From: Lytechinus pictus
Taxonomy: Eukaryota
NCBI RefSeq assembly: GCF_037042905.1
Contig: NC_087257.1
Span: forward strand, 15,066,001 to 15,130,000
Direction: 5' to 3'
Length of the DNA: 64,000 nucleotides
Numbering within the stretch: position 1 is the stretch's first letter; each line of letters starts with the position of its first letter. Below, piece after piece: positions 1-13,157 of this stretch. The notes under the pieces were generated by a model that ran no database searches, was not told the DNA's origin, and was given only the letters and a program-made list of their open reading frames with translations. The position numbers and the translations under genes are program-made.

Positions 1-456
1 CATGTCTGGACAACATAAGATCGGCTTAGCTCTAATTTAGGTAAAATTGGCTTATATGCGCGCAGCTACCGTCAGCTCCCAAGCATCACTCAGGTGCGGC
101 GGCTGTATTAGTGCTAGTGAGTAATTGTGTGGTATTCGGTTGGACAAAAAATAGTTAAAAAAAACTATTCTACTCTGACGTCACAAACTATTTTGATCTC
201 CAATGAACTTTATTTTTCTGGTAAAATTAATGTGAAGGGCTCTCAACCATTCAAATAGCAACAAATTTTCAGTAAGGGATATAAAAAACACTAGACTTGT
301 AAACAGTCAGTATTTCAAGGTTAAGTTATCGCAATGAGTAATCAAATTCATGCCATTTGTTTGAACCACATGCTTCTTTCGACAATCAATATTTTTTCAT
401 TCATTACATGCTGACTGTATTTGAGTCAAGATTTATGTATTTATATCTTACTCTAG

Positions 457-633
457 ATTACGTGGTGATGAGTGGTGTCAATGTATGGGCTTCTCAACTT
501 AATGAGCAAACATTGGATGAAATATCATTGACTTGTCAGCCCGCCCTCTTTGGTGATATCGTGTCATGGACAGATGTCCTGTCTTCAAAAAACATTACCT
601 CTTCTCAAATAGAATCTCCATCAATGTGTGATG
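457..633 (+). CDS. Gene 1 exon: C-terminal part of pentraxin/LamG-like domain
   Basis: MSGVNVWASQL...EISLTCQ...GDIVSWTD resembles the pentraxin C-terminus; ctctag|...G|gtaag. Confidence 0.65.
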
Positions 634-3600
634 GTAAGTTTTTTTTTTATTATTATCATTAGCTATGCCATTTTAAAGGATTGAACCCTTGATACCAGTA
701 AATCATGAATTAAAAAATGAAAAATCAAAGAAAGATGTGTAAAAAAGTGCATTTTTATTGCTACAGACACACAGACACATTTCGAGCTCCAGATTACATT
801 TACTTCTCTCTCCTTCTTCATCATGATTATGTATGATGCTGATGTTTGTGTTCATGTTGCAGATTTTTTAAACTTCTATTATTATACTCTCACCAATAAT
901 GCATCCCTACAATTTACTAATTCATGTATCTATTCACCCCTTTTCCCTAGCTGTTAATGAGTGCACATCAAACCCATGCATCCATGGAGCTTGTGAAAAC
1001 AAACTAGATGGTTTCCATTGCGAGTGTGAACATGGTTACAAAGGAGAACTATGTGCAGACACGCAAGACCTGTGCAGCGATGAACTGTGTAAGAACGCTG
1101 CATCATGTCAAACAATAGAAGGGGAACCTATTTGCCTCTGCAGGGATGGATTTTCCGGGAAGTTCTGTGAAACGAGGAAAGGTAAATGCTCCAATAATGC
1201 AGGCTGTATTTCACTAAAATATATATTTTTTTGTGTGTATGGTTTTGAATTTATTGGAAAACGTCATCATGATTTTTTTTCTCCTGACAGGCTGTTTGCA
1301 TATTGGTTTGGATTGGGTACAATACCCATTACTTCTTTCCTTCAGCACTCTAAATATATGCATATGCAGGTGCACATTGCCCAAGTGTGCACCTACGTCT
1401 AATACATAATCGGATCATATATTCACAATTAGGTAATTCACAGTTCTTTGGGAGGGGGCTTTCACGCATAAGCCTTTTAGTCAGCATGCTATGATAAGCT
1501 TTTTTCATCATCCTTTTCTCAATAACAAGAGTTGCCCCAAGTGATTCTTCGATTCATAAATTGAATTTGTGATATTAGTGTTGTTAACAAAATGTAATTG
1601 TTGTTATCAAGAAATGGAATTAAATTAAGGAGAATAAAAAAAGTGCTGGCGCCTAGCAGGTTGCAAGCACTTTTTCTGGTCTGTATTTATGTGCTTTATT
1701 ATTTATGTTCTCTGCATTACTTGAATATCAACTTTGAACTATCATTTGAGTATTCTATCAGGATTGAGCAGGACAATTTTTAGTCAATATCTGCACAGAA
1801 CGATTGAGATAAACAGGGAAACATTTTGTAAATGATTTTTTTTTCCAAAACCTCTACATCTTATAGCTTTCCATAGCTTATTCGCATTTGCACCATTATC
1901 TTGATTATACCATAATATCTTAAATTCATATGTGTAACTGTTGTTGTAATTTCTTGATTCTTTTGTAATATTATTTGTTAATTTCATGTGTATTTTTTTA
2001 CTCTGTTTTGTAAATGATTTTTCAATTCAGCTGTTACTAGCTGTGATCTTTGAATAAATCTTCAGTCTTGAGTCTTGAAATTGGCTTTCCATAGCATACA
2101 TTGGCCCGTGGGGAGTTATATATATTGCTGTACACACGCGTGACCCAAAAAATGCATTTAAAGGGGTGTTTTTTCAGTTAAGACTCACTAAGGGTATCAA
2201 AAACACAGATTTTCAAGAAAAAGGGTGGTATTGTGAAAGACTGGTCAATGGTCAATCGCGGGGTCAAACGTATTTAGGGTATGTTTTTTCCTCCAAAGCT
2301 TTTTTTTAAAGACTAGCCAAACGTGTTTAGGGTATGTTTTTTTTTCCAAGCTTTTTCCCCGAGGTCATATTTTTGCAAAATCTTGTTCAGGGGCCAAAAT
2401 GTGTAAATATTATAAAGCCAACAAAAAACTTGTTTAGGGGTTTATTTTGCACACAGAGAAAAAGTCATTTAGGGGGTGTTTGAAAGTTCTTGGTCATGCG
2501 CGTGTACAGCAATATATTTAACTCCCCCCCCCCCCTGCAGGGGTGTCGATCCATTTTTCAGATTGGGGGGGCAAAATCATGAATCGTTCTAAAGGCGCTC
2601 GATCACACCAAACAAACTCACCCACACACAGGCCTAATTATATATATATATATATATATATGAGAAACAGACTCGGACACATATCTCACCAACAAATTAA
2701 TGCGAGCGCGAAGTGTGAGCTGAAAGTTGTTAGAATGCTGACCTGAAAACAGGAATGGTACCTGTTTAGGACTGTTTGTAGCAGTAACTCATGTGGAGGA
2801 TACATATCTCACTACACAGATAATGCGAGTACCGAGAGCGAGCTGAAATTTCTTTATATTCTGACCTGAAAGATTCATTTTTTTGAACTAATGATTAGGA
2901 TGGGTATCTAAAATAACAATAGATGCGAGAGCGAAGCGCGAGCTGAAAATTTTGATATTTCGATCTGAAAAAAATTGACGGGTTAATGGACGTTTTTAAT
3001 AAAGAGCAAAATATATATTCAACACAAGATTATTGCAAATCGGAGCGGGAGTTTTTTTTAGGTTTAGAACTGAGAACGGGACATTCTGTTCACCTAATTA
3101 ATCATGAAAAGTATGGGTTTTGGTACATAAATGATGCGAGCGCGAAGCGCGAGCTGAACATTTTTATATTCCAATCTGAAAAACTGACATTTTGAGCACG
3201 ATTTTAAATAAAGAACGAGTTGTGTATCTCAATCTCGCTTGCTGATTTTTGTGTAACACTGCAATCTTATTTCATTTTTGCACATGCATTCGGAATTATT
3301 GGGGGGGCAAAACGATATGTTTGCCCCCCCAATATTTTAATTAGTGGGGCGATCGCCCCCCCTGCCCCCCCCCCCCCCAGGATCGACACCTCTGCCCCCC
3401 CCCCCCCCAGGATCGACACCTCTGCCCCCCTGGGACATTGGCAAAGGCCTGTTGAAACTTTCAGGTGTTACAGCCCCTTTGATGGTAAATTCCCATTTTG
3501 ATTGTCATCCTTGTGATTGTAGTTGATGGAGCCTGGTCCCACTGGTCCTTATGGTCAGAGTGCAGTACTACCTGCGGAGGTGGCACCAGATCACGGTCCA

Positions 3601-6600
3601 GGGCCTGTACCAACCCAGCCCCACAGGGAGGAGGTCTAAACTGCTCAGGCAAAGCTGAGCAAGTTGGAATGTGCAACGAGTTTGAATGCCCAGGTAACAA
3701 ACGTAAATCATAGCATAGAATGTCAGATTAACAATCATTGTATAAATGTTGGGTTGGCTATAAAAGCCTGAATCGTAGCTTACCTCTCCTATTTTCCAAG
3801 CTTAAGGCTTGTGGATTGCGCAATCATGACAAAAATTTGCATCAAAGGTAAAGAATGACATAATCTATGCCGTTGCACAGGTAAATTGAACAGAATTCAT
3901 ATATTTTTTGTATGAATCAATTTTGCTAATTTATTCATTAAATCATACTTTTTGCTCTAATTCACAGAATCAAGCTTCTAGAAAGCTATTTGTGGTGAAA
4001 ATATGTCCATCATAAGAATTTAACCAATATTAAAAGTATTTTATTAATTTAATTTGAAAGGGCATATGTAAAATATGGCCCTATGGAAAGCATTTCACAA
4101 AGTGACATTTCCTTGGAACGTGAATTCCTTTAGATGTGACAGTTCAATGCATGATTATTGATGATTTTTTTTCTTCCATTCTAAAGGTTGTTTGAGGCTA
4201 CGAAGACCCCTCCGAGGCTACCTCAACTGTGACGAACAACCCGAGATGACAAACTGTACCATCAGCTGTCGTCATGGTTATGGCTTTGCCGAAAGGGTCA
4301 TGAACAGCTACTACTGTGGGAAGGATACCAACTATCGATGGAATCACCAAACTTCCAAAAATAGAAGGGCTGTTTTTCCTTCATGTACAGGTAATAATGA
4401 TAACATATATATGAGTATATGAAATATATATGATTTAACAAAACGTTCAAGATTTACTCAATATTTGACATGAGATGCAGGATGTAAAAAGCTTTGTTAT
4501 GCTATCCTGAAAGGCATATGATATGAAAATATAAATAGCTTTATGTGCTAAATGGGATGCATGACAGCATATAAATGCTGCATATGTGCAGATGGCAAAT
4601 GTATTCAATTTTTATGAATTCTTCCCTTATCTTGTCACTCACTCTTATTGATGGAAGTAAATTTAATCAATTGGAATAAATTTCAACTACAAGTAAGCAG
4701 AACATTTTACTTTTTAATTTCTTTCCAAGGATGTCATAGACCTGTTAATCAATGTTTCATAAAGAAATAGGCCTATCTATTGTTAAAGTGGAACAATTAA
4801 AATTCAAATTTGATTCAAATTTCAGAACTTTCTAAGAGTCGTGGATCCACGGGGGTAGTAGAAGTTGGCTTCCCTGGCGCTGTTTGTTCTTCAGCCAGTG
4901 ATAAGGAAAGTTTAAAGCAAGCCGCGTATCAGTCACTCAATACACATTCGGAAGATATAGACTGCCTCAAAGACAAATCATGCAAGATTCTTCGTATCCA
5001 GGTGAGCTTTTCATGACAGTTACCATAGTGATAGTGCTTCTTAGCCAATCCAAATCAAGGAAAGTTGTCAGATCTGTCAACTTGTCAGATGGAAAATATT
5101 GATGAAATGCTCCCCAGGTAAACCAAAGTGTTGTGAGTTCATGTTCCCACTTGGTCTACGCCTGCTTGTGTCTACATTTGGTTTCAGCTATTATTGTCTA
5201 ATCCTTCCCTATCGGAAAAGACACAGTGTCCCACAGTGTTTTCACATTGTGGAACATGATGTGAAATCACCTTCACACTGTGACAGTGAAATTTGAGCAT
5301 TTCAAAAGTGTGAATCACAATATTCACATAGCCGACCATGTGAACGCGCTGTGAACAGTCACAATGTCGAGGTGTCCACAGTGCGGTAAAAATCTTCAAT
5401 CTGTTGAATTTGAGCATTTTAACAGTGTGAATAGTATAGGAACACACCGTAATCACACTGTGTGATACTGTCTTCTTCCAGCAAGATAGGTCACTTCCAA
5501 CCAGTTGGTCTAACAGCCATTTGATCTAGATGCCATTTAGCCTATTCACAATTTTGTCTAATTTGAAGTTAGTCTACTTTGGATCTACAGGTGAACACTC
5601 TAAAGACATTCCAATCAAGTGTCAAATATTACCTATTTTCACAATCATATTAGTGAAGTCAATGTCTTTTCCTCATATATTATGAATGTTATGTTTGATG
5701 ATTTTTAATTGTGAATATTTTTAATGTTTTCGTTTATTTAATATGTAGCGCATTGGGTAATGATTCATTAGAAAGTGCGCATTAGAAATATTTATTATTA
5801 TTATTATGTCATGTAGATATAATATCCACATAGTCTAACTCCATATTGTCTTTTTGGATGATGTCCACTGTCCATGAATCAAATTTTCATTTCACGAAGT
5901 GTAAAAAAATTTAGTAGGCAAAGTAGATATTAGACTAGCTTGCCACTAGCCTGAATCAAATGGCATTAAATTAAAAATCTAATTCTGTGACAGTGTTGAA
6001 TATGTGTATTGTCCCTTTTGAAAATTAGTTGTCATGTCATTATACACTTTTTACATGTTCCTGGAAAGTAAAGAAACCTAAACATCTCTTTTCATTGTAA
6101 TTTCTCTGGTCTGTTTCTGTGAGTAGGTGTTGAACTGTCAGCTGGAAACCAACAAACGTAGGTCGATCCATTCACAAGGAGAGGTCAGAATAAGTATCAC
6201 AGTCTCTGAGAATGATACCTACGAGCAATATTACCCGGAAGCTGGTGAGTGACGTATAACTGTCAGTGCAGTAGAATGTCTCATGAAGCTGTTCGTGATT
6301 TATTAATAACTTTACGAATGACTGGTGATACCGTTTTAGGTTCTGTTTCTCATTTATTTACATGTACATGTAGCACAAGAAGGTATTACCAGACCAGTCT
6401 TTCATAAAGATGTTAACTCACGACCATTTTAATGAAACACCTGGGGGTGTTTCACAAAGATTTAAGTATGACTTAAGTTGCGCTTAGATGCCGACGTGCA
6501 CAAGATATCCAATGTGCAATCTGATTGATGGAAACGTGGTAGTGCGCGTCCTGTGCGCATGATCTGACCAGTGTAGTGATGTCTTCTATACCGTACGCAA

Positions 6601-9600
6601 CTGGGAATTTAAGTGCAACTCTAAGTCACACTTAAATCTTTGTGAAACACCCCCAGGTCATATTTTGATTCTTTTACATTCATCATATTTAATTTTGATT
6701 TTAAATTTAAATTAATTTCACATTTAATATTAATCTTTCAAATAAACAAAATCTTTTTTTTCTGTATTTCCTAACAAATGAAAAATTGATCAAAGCTTAT
6801 GTTGTAAATAATGTGCGTGCCAAATTTTCGGCACGATCGCGCAAACGGCGGCCAAGATCAGAAGGGGGTCGTCATGTCCATCCCCAGTCCTCAATACATC
6901 TGCAATAGCCCAGTTCTTTCAGGGTTAAGTAACCCAGGCAATAAAACTTGGTTTGCCTTAATGTTCTGCATGTTGCACAAATTTGCAATATAAGGTTCTG
7001 GTTTGTATGTTTCTTTGTAGTTATTTATATTGTGAGAATTATAAACCTAGGCTTCCAATGTCTTATCTATATTTTGTGTTGTATCTGTGTTTAAGTAAAA
7101 TTTTCATTTGTATCACCAGTGAAATTCATTATTATGATTATTGACCATTTCAGGTCATTATATCTGTTAGATATTTATACCTATCAAGCAATGATTACAA
7201 AATTTGTAAACAATAACTTTGGGCAGAAATGCTGCAGAATAAAAAATAACAATATTTTGAAACTAATAAATGTATTAATATATGTATCAAATAATCTTTC
7301 TTTCAGATAACATTACAGACTTGGAGATTACAGAGCCACTGGACATATTCTATTATGATGTGTCTTCACTACTGATGAATGATTCATTGACGCTTGAGAT
7401 CAATGATGAAATCTTACATAGTGATCCATCTTCCTTCACGGGAGATGTCTGGGAAAATTGTCCGCCTGGATACATAGAGGGCAGTCTTGATGGATATTGC
7501 GGTGAGAAAATCATGTGCATTTCGTTAAAAAAAATAATCTTCTATCTATTTTCTTTTTAATATACACTTGTGTGTAAAAATAAAATTCATTCAATATTTC
7601 TAATATTGTTTGCATTTCTGTAACCTTTTCAAGAAGGCATTTTGAAATATATTATTATAGTAAATAGTGGTTGTAAAATACGAGTTGTGATTGGCTAGAT
7701 TGGTACCACGTGACCTCTCTTCAAGAAGGTATATTGTACATATGTACAATATAACTTTCAATTTTTGGAGGGTTAACCCGTGTTATATGAATGGGGAGAA
7801 TATTGATTAAAGGCAAAGCGCATTTAGCCAGTCAGTCCTGCAGTGCGCATGCAATGCGTTGAATCTTAATTTTTATAGTGCCGTCACCTTTTCCTCACTT
7901 GTGCAACTTTACATTATAGACGGTACATTTTGGATGGTACGTGTGCAACGTTACAAATATTTGACATTCAGCCTCCCATTTGCTTGCGTACAACCATGGA
8001 CCTAATAGGTCCATGGTACAACAAGCTAAGTAGGCGTTGTACAATTTACTATAATGAATAGTAAAAGTTCTATCATACAATATTACTGGACTATATAAAC
8101 TCCAAATATAAAAGTATCCCTCGTGCAGGTCTATTTCATGATATAAACCTGCACTCAGGATAATTTTATATATGTCGTACATATAATCCAGTATATTTTA
8201 CAATAGATTGTATATAGATTATATAATAATAATTTGAGATAATTCGACACTTATTTATGATTTCGACCCAATATATGCTCTTATTTCTTTGTTTCACATG
8301 CATTACTTTCTTTTACAAGACTGTTTGTCTTTGTATTTGAGACAGCGATCCTGGAAATATTAAGAAATAAGATATCATTTTATTAGCTAAGCTTATAAAA
8401 TAAAGTGTTATTTTATTCTACTTTTCTGCAGTACCATGCGGGATAGGAACTTACTATGGAATGGAAGGCAATGCCACCGATTATGAGTGCTACTCGTGTC
8501 CTTTGAATACCTATCAAGATGAAGAAGGTCAAGATGAATGCATTCTTTGCCCTCCAAATACATTCACTGATGATTTCCATACATCTAACATCACTGATTG
8601 TACAGGTAATGTCACAAGCTATGTCATATGAATACATTCTCTGTAATTCATAGACACTCGATTGTGTATTTTACTTATTATGAATGTTAACTATGTCCTT
8701 TGAATACTTGCCATGATGAATGCATTCTCTGTAATCCAGAAAAACTCACATAACATCACTTATTGTATTGTAAAGAAAATGTCATTGGCTATGAATGTTA
8801 TCAAAATCCTTAGAATACGTACCGAGATGAACGTATTATCTGTATTACAAAGACACTCGCCTAACATCACTAACTATAAATCAAATGTCACTATGAATGT
8901 TATAAATGTCCTTTGAATACTTTGAAATATGAAGAAGAACAAGATGGATGCATTGTCTGCTCGTTGTTGCACTGATTGCATTCTCACCCCTAACAGAACT
9001 GATTTTTAATGTTGCCCATATTTTGTTTTGAAGAAGACAGTCAAGATATGTGCATTCTATGTAATATTTTGACACATTCACGTAACACTGATTGAAGGAA
9101 ATGCCACTGACAGTAAATATTAGCTACATGTGTATCCTTTGAATACTTACCATTAAGATGAATGCATTCTGTGTGTAACCCAGAGACACTTGCCTAACAT
9201 TGCTAATTGTAAGGTAAATATCTCTGATTATGAATATTGTAAAAAATCCTTTGAATACCTACCAAAAATAAATGCATTCTCTGTTATCTAGAGACATTCA
9301 CCTAACATCACTAATTATAATACAGCAAATGTCACTGACTATGAATATTATCGATGTCTTTTGAATGCTTTCCAAGATGGAGAAGGGCAAGATGAATGCA
9401 TTCTCCGCCCTCTAAGCCACTGATCCACTGATTGCTTTCACACCCCTAACAGAATTGATGTTACCCATATCTTTACTTTGATGATGAAGACAGTCATGAT
9501 GAATGCATTCATTGTATTCTCGATACCTTCACTGATGATTTCCATGCACCTCCCATCGCTGATTGAAATTATGAAGATACAGTTCCAGATAACTGCTAAT

Positions 9601-11246
9601 CATGTTCCATAATATAGTAATACAAGTTCAAAATTAATCGGTAACATCTGATTCATCAGCATGTTATGTAAGTCTTTATCATGATCACTGATTTGGTATT
9701 AGACTCTGTAGGAAGTTAGTATGAAACGTTGTTCTTGGAGTATCTTCATTTTCTTTTCCACAGTTCCTCCACCTGTCCCCGTTATCATCACACTGCCTCC
9801 TACTCAACCACCAGATCATTTCCCCCTTCCTCTCATTTTATCGGTGACGACAGGGGCCATCGTTCTCCTGGTCCTCATTCTCCTCCTCGTCACTTGGTGT
9901 AAACGCAGACACCGGTACGTAACTGGCAAGGGCCCCATATTAACAAAGACTTAAAATCATTATTGTGTCATTATGGTAGTAACCTGAAAATCCTCGTTTT
10001 AATTCGTTACTAACTTACCATGAAGCCAAGTTATCCTTATCAGTGGGGATTCAAGGGGGGGGGGGCATTTCCGGCCTGTGCCCCCCCCCCCCCCTTTTGA
10101 GAGTCACAGCAAATATTATTTAATGGGAATATGTGGTCCACATCCAGGTCAGGACCTTATTTTTGTCAAATTTTACGCTGAAAAGAATGATCTGCATTTT
10201 TAGTGACAACTTTTTTTTTTCTTGTCAAATTTCCCTTGGGAAAATATATCCCCCCCCCCTCTTTTTTTTTGAAATCCTTGGATCCGCCCCTGATTTGAAA
10301 TAACTGCTCCTTGCACAATGATGTCTAGCATAACAAAGAAGCTACAATATCAATTTGTAAATTATCAGTTATGTATAGTATATATTTATAGGGGGATAAT
10401 TTTTCATGTACCTGGCATAATTTTCAGTGGTGGCACAATGGTTGATTGCCAGTCTTGATCTATATTTATAGGCTCGGATTCATATGAAAATGAATTTTAA
10501 ATAAAATGATATGAATCTTAATTAGATCTTTGGCTGAAATCCGTGTCACGAACAGCAATCTATTTATTTTAGCAGGAAACTTTGCTGACTGCTAATAATG
10601 ATTGGAACTAATAACTTGATCTATTGACCAGTCTGGGTTTTGAAATGAGCTTGCTTTATCAAATAACAAGGAATCACACCAATGTCTTATAGGGTATATA
10701 TGGTACACATCATTTACTTGGGCATTATGATAATTGCTCACACGTTTTACCTTTGAAATGGTCCAAACATTCTCGGCTTTGCCTTGAGCATGCAAGAACT
10801 GCTCCAAAGGTACTTTATGCTTGTAGTTCTTAATGCATAGATGACAGAATTAAGAATCATAACTCATACTGTTTAATTCCTCAAAAACTGAGGGTACTAA
10901 AGTTGAAATTTATATCCCACTGTCCATTCCATCTTCCAGAAACAAGACAGGCTCATTTCCCACCCAAGATATTCAGATGTTAAACGCAGCTACAGTCGGA
11001 ACCAAAGGAACCTATAAATCCCCTGATGAACAAATTCCAGGAATAACGAACCATGCATTCGTCTTTGGAGGCGATGATACCTCCTCTTCTAAAGAGAAGA
11101 TGTCCACCATGGACAGTGAAGACACTAACTTCACCTTCAGAGAATCGTCTTCAGATTACCCGACGCTTAGAGTTGGCACAACGCCGCATGACGACTTGCA
11201 GGTTTACTTACCACTGAAAACGCCGACTACATTTGGAACAAAATAA
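457..11246 (+). CDS. 5'-partial multi-exon type I membrane protein: pentraxin-like tail, 2x EGF, TSP1, Sushi-like, GCC2/GCC3 (ephrin-receptor-like), TM, cytoplasmic tail (SVEP1-like module set)
   Basis: Exons 457-633, 951-1181, 3523-3693, 4187-4390, 4826-5001, 6127-6244, 7307-7501, 8432-8605, 9764-9914, 10940-11246. All are AG/GT-bounded with compatible phases (1,1,1,1,0,1,1,1,2). Stop TAA 11244-11246. Start lies upstream of the window. Confidence 0.85.
951..1181 (+). CDS. Gene 1 exon: two EGF domains
   Basis: VNECTSNPCIHGACENKLDGFHCECEHGYKGELC and DLCSDELCKNAASC...CLCRDGFSGKFCE. Confidence 0.92.
2104..2535. mobile_element. MITE; second copy at ~48170-48595 (inverted)
   Basis: TIR ...ATATATTGCTGTACACACGCGTGACC; shared internal sequence. 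Confidence 0.75.
2538..3424. mobile_element. hAT-type non-autonomous element with GCGAGCGCGAAGCGCGAGCTG internal repeats
   Basis: TIR CAG(G/A)GGTGTCGATCC; 8-bp TSD CCCCCCTG; right end duplicated as a 30-bp tandem. Confidence 0.8.
3523..3693 (+). CDS. Gene 1 exon: thrombospondin type-1 repeat
   Basis: VDGAWSHWSLWSECSTTCGGGTRSRSRACTNPAPQGGGLNC. Confidence 0.93.
4187..4390 (+). CDS. Gene 1 exon: Sushi/CCP-like domain
   Basis: C..LRRPLRGYLNC...CTISCRHGYGF...YYCG...W...PSCT; phase 1-1. Confidence 0.82.
4826..5001 (+). CDS. Gene 1 exon (linker domain)
   Basis: ttcag|AA...CAG|gtgag; open frame, phase 1-0. Confidence 0.75.
6127..6244 (+). CDS. Gene 1 exon with basic KRR|S putative convertase site
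   Basis: VLNCQLETNKRRSIHSQGEVRISITVSENDTYEQYYPEA; tag|GTG...G|gtgag, phase 0-1 fits neighbours. Confidence 0.72.
6444..6653. mobile_element. CWG-flanked MITE
   Basis: TIR GGGGTGTTTCACAAAGATTTAAGT; relative at ~63775-63957. Confidence 0.8.
7307..7501 (+). CDS. Gene 1 exon leading into Cys-rich region
   Basis: ...LTLEINDEIL...CPPGYIEGSLDGYC; tttcag|...G|gtgag. Confidence 0.8.
8432..8605 (+). CDS. Gene 1 exon: GCC2/GCC3 (Ephrin_rec_like) repeat
   Basis: VPCGIGTYY...CYSCPLNTYQDEEGQDECILCPPNTFT...SNITDC. Confidence 0.88.
8606..9565 (+). repeat. Degenerate intronic tandem copies of the preceding GCC2/GCC3 exon
   Basis: Repeated CCTTTGAATAC, GATGAATGCATTCT, TAACATCACT, AATGTCACT motifs matching 8432-8615. 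Confidence 0.8.
9764..9914 (+). CDS. Gene 1 exon: Pro-rich stalk, transmembrane helix, basic stop-transfer
   Basis: LPLILSVTTGAIVLLVLILLLVTWCKRRHR. Confidence 0.87.
10940..11246 (+). CDS. Gene 1 terminal exon: cytoplasmic tail
   Basis: ttccag|A AAC AAG joins in phase 2 to ORF 10977-11246. Confidence 0.8.
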
Positions 11247-11460
11247 CAAGTGGAGCAAGAGATATAAACGATCAAAATCAATCTCCGTGTTGACTGTGAA
11301 CCGTGTGTAATCCAAATAGAAAACTATTTGATAAGTATAATATTCTGCTTTTGCATGGTGCTTAATACATTGGAACATCTCTCTGCACTTTACATGTTTA
11401 CATGTTTCTCGTGATCTTGGTTATCGGATCCTGGTCTGCCCGCATACAAAGTACGCTCAT

Positions 11461-11787
11461 TCTGACTCTCGCCTTGTAAACAGAGGGTCGTGTGTTTGAA
11501 TCCCACCGCGGTCTAGCGTCCTTTGGCAAGGCCTTAATCCACACTTTGCCACTCTCGACCCAGGTGCTAAATGGGTACCCGGTAGGATGCGAAAGATATT
11601 GTATGTTTGATTTTGCCTGCGCCATGAGGCTGCGATGAATGCAAGGAATGCTCCCCAGGGAGTGGAAATTGTGCACTTTTCGTGCGGGATTGAAATTAAT
11701 CCAATGACCGGGGTAATAATATGCTGTAGCGTGCTTTGAGCCATTCTGGGAAAAGCGCTTTATAAAAATTGGCTATTATTATTATTG
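11461..11787 (+). mobile_element. tRNA-derived SINE downstream of gene 1 stop
   Basis: B-box-like GTTTGAATCCC, conserved CCCAGGTG..AAATGGGTACC core, (ATT)n tail. Confidence 0.7.
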
Positions 11788-12719
11788 TTCTCCACTACAT
11801 TTGGAGTATTCCAAGGAGAATTTCTGAATTCATCTAGGCATGAAACGTCTAAGTTGATGGGTAGAAAGTGACAAAATGTGGATTTACTATGATCATTATG
11901 GCACTGGGCCTATATGGTCGAGATGTGTTTCAGGAGTTTAAGAGCGTGTGCTCTTCACGATTTAGCCATTACCAGTTTTCATGCAAGTATTTTTCTTGAA
12001 CTCTTCAAGAAGGAAGAAGTGCTCATACAAGCTGAAACTTTTGTTGCCAGTAATATTGTCATTCGCTTAAAAAGACTTGTACCAATATATAATTGTGCAA
12101 AAAAGCCTCAGGATAATACAGAAATTTAATTTTACAGGATTTTTGAAAAACCGTCTATAAAATTTTCTATTGATTTTAATTGTATATTTTCAACCATGAT
12201 CTCATTTGTATTAATCAAAATATTAAAATTTGTATAAAATATTGATATGGGTCCCGATGAAATGTTTGGCTGAATCCAATGTGACAGGTAATTTATAGCT
12301 TAGCTTGAGTATTTTCTAAAGACTGCTACTTATGACTATCTCTATTGTCTGGACACAGTTTTTTTTAATCAAATAATAAGGATCCTCATCACTATCTTAT
12401 AAAACATATAAAACAAATCGATTTCCTCAGGCAGTATAATAATTACTTGATGATGTAAATATTGTTTATACATTAACAGCTGGTTTTACCCTGATTAGTG
12501 ATACTATTTAGTTACACCCTGCGGGATATAGGAAAATATATGTTCTGGTTCCATATGGAATATGGAACCAGAGCCAGATATGTTGTGTATTTCTTAAGAA
12601 CAAGCAGGGTGTGATGATCTTTTCTCTTTAATTGTATCCATATATTACTGCAGAACAAGGGAAATCAATAGAATAGAACGTAAAAAACTGCAAAAAACCT
12701 GCATTTCGAGAGTGATTTT

Positions 12720-13157
12720 TTTTTGTCTTGCCTGAACGAAGTTCGGCAGAGACCTAGTAATCACTTTTCCTGTTGGTCTGTTAGTCCATAAAATAGTCTG
12801 TTGGTCTGTTCGAAAATGTTAAAGTTTTTGTTCAACTTGCTTTCATTTCTTTATTTTTGCATAAATTATCTTCATACTTAATACATATGATCCTTTGGCA
12901 ATACCACATGTGAACCCATAAGAATTATGGGGTCACAGGTCATCTAGGGGTCAAAAAGTCAAACAATATGAGGTCATGTCCATCTTTTTTCAAGTTTGTG
13001 TTCAACTTGCTCTCATTTCTTTATACCTGCATCAGTTATGTTTCAATATGTGTTTATCTTTGATAAGGTCATAGGTCATCTAGGAGTCAAAAGATCATAT
13101 TCCATATTTATTGATCACAAAATCAGGCGAGACTCATGGTTGGTAAACCAGCATGTT
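12720..13157 (+). mobile_element. HINE-like element
   Basis: TTTTGTCTTGCCTG...CAGGCGAGAC subTIR, CTGTT/GGTCT microsatellite, 3' hairpin. Confidence 0.55.
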
